Positions 1 to 8,724 of a stretch of 64,000 nt of DNA are shown piece by piece (positions within the stretch are counted from its first letter, which is position 1; every line of letters begins with the position of its first letter). The DNA is taken from contig CM119268.1 of assembly GCA_051294375.1 (NCBI GenBank), positions 1,346,213-1,410,212 of the forward strand, written 5' to 3'. The stretch is from Paraspadella gotoi. Lineage: Eukaryota > Animalia > Chaetognatha. The notes below the pieces were generated by a model. The model saw only the letters and a program-made list of their open reading frames with translations, was not told the DNA's origin and did not search any database. Position numbers and translations under genes: made by a program.

Positions 1-591
1 GTCAAAATGATTGTGATCTTCGTTGCAAACGTTTGAAACAATACACCAATTTCCGGAAAACAACCACGAAAAGAAAAACGAGGAATGGACGATCTGCTAA
101 TGAGCCTCTGTTTTATTACTTTCTCTCATTCTAGCTAGAATTTATTTATTTTAAGATGAGTGTCGTCCCTAGAAATGTCTAATATCAATTTCAAAAACGG
201 CCTGACAATCAACTCCCCCCTCCCCCGCGCGATTGACTGATTTTCACCAAAACTTTCCAGGTCACAATGTTTACCTTTAATTAGTTGCGAATGCTGATCA
301 TGCGGAGTATCATTGCTCAAAAATGATTATCGTTTTTACATTGTCTTTTATGTTTTGGTTTTTGTTTATTTCTTAATTATTTCGTTCGTTAGTTATTTTC
401 ACATCGCCGCATTGTTTAGTTTCGAATTAAAAAAAAATAAAAAGAAATTCGTTCGGCTTCGAGGATCCAAAGGCCAGCAGGTTGATGATGCACGAAGCGG
501 TCGAAATCATGGGCGGATTTTGACGCGACCCCATCATCATCATGAGGAGAGAAGAGAGAGAGAGAGGAGAGAGAGAGAGAGAAGGAGAGAG

Positions 592-625
<34 letters not shown>

Positions 626-718
626 GAGAGATGAGCAACGAGGCGAAAATCGACGATGGGCGAATATTTTTTCTTTACGAATCATCATCCTGGATCCTCG
701 AGAAAACGACCTCGGCCA

Positions 719-812
719 AAGGAAGGATTTAAGGGGAGGGATTTGAGGGGAGGGATTTAAGGGGAAGGATTTAAGGGGAAGGATTTAATGGGAGGATTTA
801 AGGGTGGGGTTT
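719..812. repeat. 15-bp G-rich minisatellite AAGGGGAAGGATTT(A)
   Basis: About 6 degenerate tandem units. Confidence 0.8.
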
Positions 813-1411
813 GAGGAAAGGAAAAGGAAAAGGAAAAGGAAAAGGATTAGAGGAAAGTATTTGGCGGAGGGATTTGTGGATATGATTCGCAAGTGACGAT
901 CATCGAAGGTTGGATGAAAGTTCGTTAAAAGGTTTAAAAATAAAAATAAAATAATTATTACATATTACGTCTTTGTTGTCGTCGAACATCTTGTTAGTAT
1001 AATGAGTCAGTATGTCAGAAAATGTGTCGAGTCGATGAATTTTAATGTACCCATAAAAACATCTTAATTTTAAATAATAACAATCTTTCAATTTTCAAGA
1101 GTGTTGTCTTCGAATCAATTAAGACAAACTTTTATTACTTTTTATCAAAGGCCTCGAGAAATGAGAGTCTATCAAACCAAAACCGATATTCACATTAATT
1201 AATTAATTAATAAATTAATCACCCAAAATTATTTAAAAAAAAATAAACATGAATGATTTGCCTTTTTTTTGTGCTCGAGCTGTGATTTATAGACGATATG
1301 TATTTATAAATAACGATTGAAGTTAATACAAGATGAACACGATATACATAGACATTTCTCGCTCAAAACGACATTTACTACGACGACGGACGACGACGAC
1401 GACGATAAATC

Positions 1412-2100
1412 TCATACAAGTCCGACCACAACTTCTTCTCTTGCGACGTCCTCCACACTCTTCCAATCCTTTCAACGCCATCTTCCGTCACGTCAACACG
1501 ACGTACTGTCCCATCTCGTCGGTCTTTTTTCGAATGGAACGATGCTCCATCGCGAGGACCCCCTAGTGGCGAAGTCGCCCCTCGCTTTGGATCGACGCTG
1601 CCACCAAACGGCGACGACGACGACGACGACGATGACGAGACCGCGACCAAGGCGATGACCCAACCGTTGGAATCGCTCGTCGAAGGCTGCGGATGTGATC
1701 CCCGGATGTGCAGCGTAGAACCTGTGACGCGTTCGCTTCTCGTCCGCCTCGAGGATCAACTGGACGGACAGATTGTAAGCGCCGAAGGATGGAGTCGCAC
1801 TCGTCGCAGGCTCCTCCTTGATTCGTCCGTCGACGACGGAGATCGAGCCTCTCGTCCAGTTGCCTCCGCGCAGGCGATCGTCGAGTCTCAAACTTCGTCG
1901 TCCGACTGCAGTTTCCGTCGGGAATCTCGACGCAGGCGCTCGTCAACTCGTCGGCCAATCCCATGACCTTCGCCTCGGTCCAACTCGATGGCGAACAAAG
2001 TCATCCGGACCACGAGGAACATTCGCGTTTCCGGTTCCGGCAAATTCTTCGGCAGAGAAAATCTCGCACTTTTCCCGGCAATCCAACTCTTTTTCCGGCG
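1412..2100 (-). CDS. Exon 10: membrane-proximal ectodomain, transmembrane helix and cytoplasmic tail
   Basis: Acceptor gtccAG; with one frameshift GWVIALVA.LVIVVVVVVAVWWQRRSK = hydrophobic helix then basic stop-transfer residues. One tail frame ends ...EEVVVGLV* at 1412; other frames stop near 1490 or 1378. Confidence 0.65.
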
Positions 2101-5100
2101 CTGGACTAACTCCACATTGGCCTTGTCATAAGGAAATAACAAAAAGTTATCACTTTTTAATTCTGAATTTCTAAAATTCTAATTCTAAAATCCCATTTAA
2201 GTATTTTTGTAAAACAAATTTTCGTTTTATGTATCTCTGGAGGATATTTTTAACATTATTTTTTTGGTTTTTCACCTCGTAATCGCAAACGAGGCCGTAA
2301 TAGTTTTCCCTGCATCGACAATCGAACGATCCCGGCGAATTCCGGCATTCGGCGCCGTGTCGGCACGGACTCATCGAGACGCATTCGTCGACGTCTTGCA
2401 GAGATGCTCGATCTCCGCCTTCGATCTTCCTTCCCATCGAGAGGCGTCATCGTTGAGTCTCGTTTGATTACAGACGATCACGACGCCCCTCTTCCGTCGC
2501 GTTGTATCCCTCGCGCAGGACAAGGAGCACGAGTCTCCGTCGCTCAACTCTCCCGCGTCGACGGAACAGTTGAAGGCGACTCCTCACGAAGGGAAGTTCG
2601 AAAGGAGCCTTTCGCAGGTGGAGTCGACCGTCGGCGTCACGAACCCTCACGTCCTTTGTCCTTTTGTTCGCAGGTGAAATTTCGTTCTCCTTTCGGCCAA
2701 AATCCTCGGTCGCAGAGCAGACGACATTCCTCCCGCCATTTCGATCCGCAGGCGTCGAGGTTGGCGTGGTCGACGCTCAATTCTCCGCTAAGGGTTAAAA
2801 TTCTACTTAAATCTAGGAACACGACACATTTTCATGCATTGTATAAAATTATTAATTTCAATAGCAGTGCCAATTACGACTCTAAAGAAATTAAAGGTTT
2901 CTGATTTTCGTTGTCGTCATAATGAAAGAATCTCTTAAAATTCCTCTAGCAAATTAGAGTTATGCTGAAATAACTTTAAATTAATAGTTTGTTACTCAAT
3001 GAAATTAAATTAATTTTTTTAACTTGCGATCAGCAACAATAGAAAGCCATTGATCGATTTATAGATACTATAAATAGCCAGCGAAATACAAAAATTTTTT
3101 AAATAATGTTCATGATGGTTGTTATCATGTTAGAATTTGCGTAACTCTGCTATGCAGACGGAGCGCGGTCATCCGTGAGCCACGGAACTGGCCGGTTGTC
3201 GAGGAGTTGAAGAGCTATTCCAGGCGACAGCTGGCGCCGTAGTGGTAGTCTTCGCCCACGGAACAATCGGTCAGAGTCACGTTGGGCGGAACGTGGGATT
3301 CGGTTCAGGCGACAGGAAACGGGCGAACAGGCCAGATCCGACAGGTCCTCGATCCAGTCGCCGGGAGACAGGCCCGGGCTGGCCTGGCCGCAACGGCCCG
3401 TCGAAGGGCCGGAGCGATACAATCCGGGGGCGCAGAGGAATTGGCAGGTCTCGTTGAAGGAAGCTTTGGCGCCGCAGGTGGACCGAGAGGTTGGTCTTCA
3501 GCGGGAGGGCGCATTCTGGAAAACAGGTTCGTATAAAAATCTATATGACAAGAATAAATTAACGAATGAAGTACTAAACAAAATGACAATGAATAACCCA
3601 GTTAACGGTTGAATAAAGGAGTGAGTGAGTGAATGAATGAATGAATGAATGAATGAATGAATGAATGAATGAATAAATGAATGAATGAATGAATGAATTA
3701 ATGAGTGAATGAATGAATGAATGAACTAATGAATAATAAATTGAAGAATAAATAAAGGTTAAAATAAATAAATTAATCAATCAAACAATCAATTATTCCA
3801 GTCATTCAATAAATTAACCAATCATCAATAAATCAATCAATCAATGAATCAATCAATCAAAGGATTATCATACCCACTGTCGACGCGCAATCTATTCCAT
3901 AAAATCCGTCTATACATTGGTCCGTCTCCAGACAAACTCCGACTCCCGATCGCAACTTCTCTCGCGCATGCGCAGTCTCTCTCGCATTCGCGCCGAATTT
4001 CCCTCGCCGCAGCCTCGGATCGAGCAGTTGCCGAAGGAAAGTTCTAGAGCGTCGAGGGCGACCGATCGGGACCCCGGGGGTAAGTTTGAGACGGAGCTGA
4101 AGATGAGTAAAGGAGTATATTGTCAACCAGTCAGGTTTTAAGCCAGATCAGGTCGGATTCGACAGGCAGGAATTCAGGAAAAAGTGGGCGGAATTAGTTT
4201 TGGTAAGACATGCGCTCAGTCGCCTCAACTGATTATCCAAATTAATATTTAAAATTTCATTATGATATATACCAACATTTTTTCTTTTTTTTGGCGAATT
4301 TGATAGCATTTTTTTTTAATCACATAATAATTCATGTTTGAATAAATTATTATAATAATGTCGAAAATAAAATTCTTGTGGTGGTATATTCACACCACCT
4401 CACGTCCGTCATCCTTCAGCCAAATCCATTGGCTCAGAGGGGAACACACCATTCCAAGCGTAGTGTTCCATCCACAGTCCTAACGACTTCCCTCTGCGTT
4501 GGCAAAGCGAGACCGTCCTAGGGTAACCGCGCCAGTGACTGGAAGGCGTCACTGAGGGTCGAAGCCCCCAAAGCCAACAGTGAGATGCCCCATCCAATGG
4601 GCATCACAGGCAACCCGGCTGTTGCCAATAATGGTGAGCCCTACTATCGAACACGCAACCTTCTCAGGGTACGCTATGACAAACGCCTATGCCTGCCGAC
4701 TTCGGGTACCTACGACAAACGCCTATGCCCCTGGGGTATCGCTACGACAAACGACCTATGCCCCCACAACTCGCGCTCTTCTCTCTCTCTCCCACTATGG
4801 TAACAGTCTTGGTCAGACACCTCTCAGGCTTGAGGAACCTGAGTGATGTCTTGGCCCGGGATCCTGTGGTGGTATATTTCACACCACCTCACGTCCGTCA
4901 TCCTTCAGCCAAATCCATTGCTCAGAGGGGGAACACACCATTCCAAGCGTAGTGTTCCATCCACAGTCCTAACGACTTCCCTCTGCGTTGGCAAGCGAGA
5001 CCGTCCTAGGGTAACCGCCGCCAGTGACTGGAGGCGTCACTGAGGGTCGGAAGTCCCCAAAGCCAACAGTGAGATGCCCCATCCCAATGGGCATCACAGG

Positions 5101-6216
5101 CAACCCGGCTGTTGCCATATTCTTTTACTTTTCTCAACATGAACGGAAATTCAAATATGTGTTGCGCCGCAGTGACTTTCTTAGCCCGTCTTTTGTTCTT
5201 TATAGTTTTATGATTTCCTGAAGGCGGCGCAAGCAGTCACTTAGATTTGAGGTTTTTTCTGTCTTAACAAATGAGCAACTAACTATGGGCGCGAGTTCAT
5301 GAGCATTGTTTAACGTAAGTGGACAGACCGACGGACAGACATACGACCGACAGACCGTCCGACCGACTGACAGAACGAACGGAAAGTGTCTCATAAAAAA
5401 TCTCCACAATTTCTACTTTCCGTATTTGGCATCAACGTCCAACGGAATATATTTCCATTTTTCTCCCTGATTTCCGCTGATTTCCAAATGACTTCTCGAT
5501 CGTAGATCGTCTCCCTTCTATCACAAGTCCTTGCGATTTCATAACGTCGTCTGTGTGATTGATCCACGGAGCGTACATGTGATAAAAGAAGGACAAGCAT
5601 CTTCAGCCGATGTGCTGTGAAAAAGCAAAGAAAAATACTTTAAGTCTTTAGCCTTTGCTTAACCAATACAATTTAACATTTTTTTATTTAAAAATATTAA
5701 CAAAAATTAACCAAATTTAAGTACGATTTTCCTGCTTGATATTGGCAACAAAATATCAAAAGTAGAGTAGCCTTCTTCTTGGTCGATGAGTAGGAATTTT
5801 CCTGAATGTTCACACAATTTCACAATCAATAACGTGAATCATAGGAGCCAGTCCACAATTTACAAAAACGTTGATATTTGAACCCCACCTTGGCAAGATG
5901 GTCTCTTTCGTACAGTGATCAAACTTTGCCCCGGCTATGCCCGTTAGACTACATCCGGGGCAATAGCACAATCGCCTCCCGTATCATTATCGGGATTGTA
6001 GCAAAATTTTCGTATTCATCACGACGGGTTGCGAGTGATTGCTCCAGAGTTCGCATCAACGAGCTCACCAGTTGCGCTTGAGTCGCAAAATGCCACGTGC
6101 GGTGGAGTTCGAACAATCTTTGGAAGGAAATAAAAGAATGAAGCAATCGAGCGATCGATCGATCGATCGATCGATCGATCGATCGATCGATCGATCAATC
6201 AATCAATAACAATCAG

Positions 6217-6259
<43 letters not shown>

Positions 6260-8225
6260 AAAAAAGGAAACAATTTAAAAAAAATAAACAAATAAACAAA
6301 TAAATAAATAAATAAATAATTAAATAAATTAGAAAATATACAAATAAAAAATAAATAAATACATTAATAAATAAATCACTTGACACGCTAAAAGATTAAC
6401 CAATCAGTCACCAATTAAATCAATCAAACAATCGATCAATCAATCAATCAATCAATCATATATAAATCAATCAATCAATCAACCAATCAATCAATCAATT
6501 AATCAATCTATCAATCAGTCATTCACTCCACTCACTTTTACAAAACTCCACTCTACACTCGATCCTCACGGATTCGTCTTCTCCGCAGTTTTCTTTCTCG
6601 CAGCACCAAAGATTCCTTCCTTCTCCCGCCACGAATCCGCCGCCGTCGAGCAGCGCAGGAAATCGGCAGTAATTCAGCGCCGCCGCCGCGGAGCCGTCGG
6701 AAAAGACGGCGTCCGCCAGATCCGTCTTCTCCCAATCAAGGCAGAGGGCGCTATCCGTACGGGCGGCGCCGGTGTAGCGCCACAACGCGATGCCGTCGGC
6801 GTCGTCGGTTTCGACGCCGCGAACGCACTCTGGCGGAGAAAAAAAAAAGAGAAGTTAAATTGGAAGTTGATAGAATGTGGGAAACAGTGATATAAATTAT
6901 CATTTTATTTCGAGTTTGACAATAATTGCACCAATTTCATATGTTTGTTTGTAAACTTAGTAGTTTAAATCTTAGTTTCAATAAAAAAAAGTTTTAAATT
7001 CATATTAGACACCTGATTCAGTAACGATTCAACCAAAATCATTGGGTTTCAATAAAAACTATACCAACATCCGATGTCCATTTGTATTTTAATCCAACTA
7101 GTTGAAATTTAAACAACCAATATAGAAATTATCCATTCAGTGCCCCTGATTTTGGACAGGCTTTCGTGGTTTAAGGCCTCCATCACTCTAACAAGAGAAT
7201 GACAGCTTTCAATCAAGACTCTCACACAGCCTCGTTTATTCACTCCCAGAGGACCTGGCTTCCCTTTCAATGAAGTGGTATAACATTTCAAAGAATGTTT
7301 NNNNNNNNNNTTAATCCAACTAGTTGTACGTATGAAATTGAAACAACCAATATAGAAATTATCCATTCAGTGCCCCTGACTTTGGACATCACTCTAACAA
7401 GATAATGACATAGCAGCTACCTGCAAGCTTTCAATCAAGACTCTCACACAGTCTCGTTTATTCACTCCCAGAGTACCTGGCTTCCCTATCAATGAAGTGG
7501 TATAATATTTCAAAGAATGTTTGTTTTTTAGCTTAAGGCAAACACAACATCGTTCACACTTATTCGTCGCACCCTTCACAGCCCAGCCCCTCACTTCACA
7601 CTTCACAACCCCCACCCCTCACTCACCGACGCCCATATAATTCTCATCGATCTCCAGGTTCATTGATCTATCGATTATCGGCCCCGACGCCTCCGTCGGC
7701 TCCACTCCGGCGCTGAGAACAATCTCCGGCGTCGACCCGCAACTCCTCGTCCACTCTTCGTCCCCGTCAAAATCGCATCGGCGTCGCTGACACAAAAACG
7801 GCGCCTCTTCGTCGCAATCTCGCGGCGTCACGCAGAGAGAAGCGGCGTCGTTCGATCTCTTCAGTCGCAAACAATCGCGATTCGACGCCGGGTCTTCGTC
7901 GAACGCCGCGGCGTCTTCTTCGTCGCACGCGAGATCGGAGGCGGGAAAAGCGGCGCCCTCCAATGTCATCCAGGTGGGGGCGCCGGGTAAGGTAGAGCGC
8001 CGGTAGACGCCGATCCAGTATTCGACTTTGGAAGAAACGAGAGACGAGACGCCGGAATCGTTGAGGGAGGAAGAGAAGAGGGCGGCGCCGTCCGCTGCGC
8101 CGAGGCAGGATTTGACGGCGCCGCGCCAGGATTGAGGAGTGGCGAAAACTTTGACGCCGATGAGATCGAGGGACGCCGAGAATGGAGTCGGAGATGGTGA
8201 TAGAGTCGGGGACGACGAAGATGAA

Positions 8226-8259
<34 letters not shown>

Positions 8260-8724
8260 NNNNNNNNNNNNNNNNNNNNNNNNNNNNNNNNNNNNNNNNN
8301 NNNNNNNNNNNNNNNNNNNNNNNNGACGACGACGGCGACGGCGACGGCGAAGACGACGGCGAAGCTGTACAGAGAAATTGGTGGGACAAATGATGTTTAT
8401 TGTTTAAATTCAACAATTTAATTTAATTTAATTCAATTTAATTTACAATTTACAATTTACAATCATCTAAGGATAAGTCACTGAACTTCTTCCCAACTAC
8501 AGTAAGCTTTGACTTTGTAAAATCCAATCGAAGATCTAAAATAGTACAAGTAAACTTGATATTCGTTCATTCTCAGCTTTTCGAATTATTCACACAACAT
8601 TTACATATATATTTTTCTAAGTATTTCAAAGTATTTCGAAGTATTTCAGAATACGCGGTAACCAGTCCTTACCTCTCGCCAGCGCGACTGTCAACAAAGT
8701 CAAAAACGACGCGTACAAATTCAT
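1412..8724 (-). CDS. Multi-exon gene (10 inferred coding exons) for a selectin-like mosaic type I membrane protein: SP-Ser/Pro stalk-CTLD-MAM(N)-kringle-kringle-MAM(C)-EGF-CCPx4-cbEGF-TM-tail
   Basis: GC-rich islands between AT-rich introns, mostly bounded by AG/GT on the minus strand; junctions checked in phase for exons 1/2 (G|CT), 2/3 (G|AG), 4/5 (G|GA), 7/8 (G|AA). Domain motifs given per exon. Several exons need frameshift correction, often at homopolymers; stop position uncertain. Confidence 0.8.
2276..2787 (-). CDS. Exon 9: two sushi/CCP-like domains and a calcium-binding EGF domain
   Basis: ACGSKWREECRLLCDRGFWPKGERNFTC; FNCSVDAGELSDGDSCSLSC; DVDECVSMSPCRHGAECRNSPGSFDCRCRENYYGLVC (cbEGF consensus). 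Donor GAG|GTGAAA; alternative acceptor at 2812. Confidence 0.85.
3145..3515 (-). CDS. Exon 8: two sushi/CCP-like domains (3' boundary approximate)
   Basis: TCGAKASFNETCQFLCAPGLYRSGPSTGRC...GDW...LACSPVSC and CSVGEDYHYGASCRL across frames; acceptor ttttccAG; donor unclear. Confidence 0.7.
3620..3725. repeat. (GAAT)n intronic microsatellite
   Basis: Direct observation. Confidence 0.95.
3874..4096 (-). CDS. Exon 7: MAM C-terminus plus EGF/laminin-EGF-like repeat
   Basis: SVALDALELSFGNC (MAM IALDDI...GxC end), then CERDCAC...GVCLETDQCIDGFYGIDC; acceptor cttcAG, donor GTATGA. Confidence 0.75.
4632..4664 (+). promoter_or_regulatory. Extended primer-binding site complementary to tRNA-Trp(CCA)
   Basis: TGGTGAGCCCTAC matches 11/13 of TGGTGACCCCGAC (complement of metazoan tRNA-Trp 3' end incl. 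CCA); 4647-4664 TCGAACACGCAACCTTCT matches 18/18 the complement of nt 58-41. tRNA sequence recalled from knowledge, not searched. Confidence 0.8.
4667..4763 (+). repeat. Three ~27-bp stem-loop-like direct repeats in the TRIM internal region
   Basis: GGGTA(C/T)(C)GCTA(T/C)GACAAACG(A)CCTATGCC x3; GGGTA can pair with TGCC(C). Confidence 0.85.
5145..5380 (-). mobile_element. Helentron-associated/DINE-1-like (HINE) non-autonomous element, partial
   Basis: Shares body (GCAGTCACTTAGATTTGAGG...CTTAACAAATGAGCAAC) and (GACC/GACA)n tract with copies at 34915, 54775 and 58566. Confidence 0.6.
5417..5614 (-). CDS. Exon 6: MAM domain core (frameshifted)
   Basis: Across frames: C..FYHMY and VIWKS.GNQGEKWKYIPLDV, the two most diagnostic MAM motifs (CLxFxYHMYG; W...GNQGxxW); acceptor tttttcacAG. 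Confidence 0.7.
5725..5801 (-). CDS. Exon 5: MAM domain resumes (GKFLLIDQEEG...)
   Basis: Acceptor ttcAG; open frame GKFLLIDQEEGYSTFDILLPISSRKI resembles MAM G-x-Y-L-Y-I-D/E strand; donor weak (GTACTT). Confidence 0.5.
5889..6117 (-). CDS. Exon 4: kringle-like domain 2 (frameshifted in this assembly)
   Basis: Stitching frames gives CELWSNHSQPVVMN..NFCYNPDNDTGGD(W)CY...FDHC...PSCQ, matching kringle NYCRNPD..D..GPWCY; acceptor ccaaAG, donor GTGGGG. Confidence 0.65.
6146..6256. repeat. (GATC)n grading into (AATC)n intronic microsatellite
   Basis: Direct observation. Confidence 0.95.
6536..6829 (-). CDS. Exon 3: kringle-like domain 1
   Basis: ECVRG...RYTG...CLDW...NYCRFP...NLWC...ECRVEFC; polypyrimidine tract + ccAG acceptor, GTGAGT donor, phase 1-1. 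Confidence 0.8.
7090..7525. repeat. Two adjacent copies of an unclassified dispersed repeat around a 10-N gap; other members at 39940-40110, 49695-49825 (reverse), 61875-61922
   Basis: Shared TGCCCCTGA(C/T)TTTGGACAGGC, CCATCACTCT(A/G)ACAAG and GCAAGCTTTCAATCAAGACTCTC blocks. Confidence 0.75.
7627..8364 (-). CDS. Exon 2: Ser/Pro repeat stalk, C-type lectin domain, N-terminal part of a MAM domain
   Basis: ORF 7619-8416: SWRGAVKSC...YWIG...DCLRL...DCDEEAPFLCQ (CTLD), then CDFDGDEEWTRSCGSTP...SGPIID (MAM start). Acceptor tgtacAG, donor GTGAGT. N-gap 8260-8324 inside the (GACGGC)n repeat. Confidence 0.85.
8673..8724 (-). CDS. Exon 1: start codon and signal peptide MNLYASFLTLLTVALAR
   Basis: ATG at 8724-8722, 17 codons with a hydrophobic core, strong donor AG|GTAAGG, phase 1 matches exon 2. 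Not in ORF track (too short). Confidence 0.75.

Larger units (their letters stand above)
4377..5119 (+). mobile_element. Non-autonomous LTR retroelement (TRIM-like), intronic, antisense to host gene
   Basis: Two near-identical ~252 bp direct repeats (4377-~4629, 4865-~5118) starting TGTGG and ending GTTGCCA(A)T; flanking duplication ATTCT (4372-4376 and 5119-5123); tRNA-complementary PBS just after the left repeat; no coding capacity; no clear PPT. Confidence 0.85.

Noticed and set aside
4497-4532. 5S rRNA box C-like sequence in the LTR (GAGACCGTCCTAGGGTAACCG), suggesting a Cassandra-like element
   Set aside because: Only a short gapped resemblance and no convincing box A or intermediate element; would need a cmsearch hit to the 5S model.
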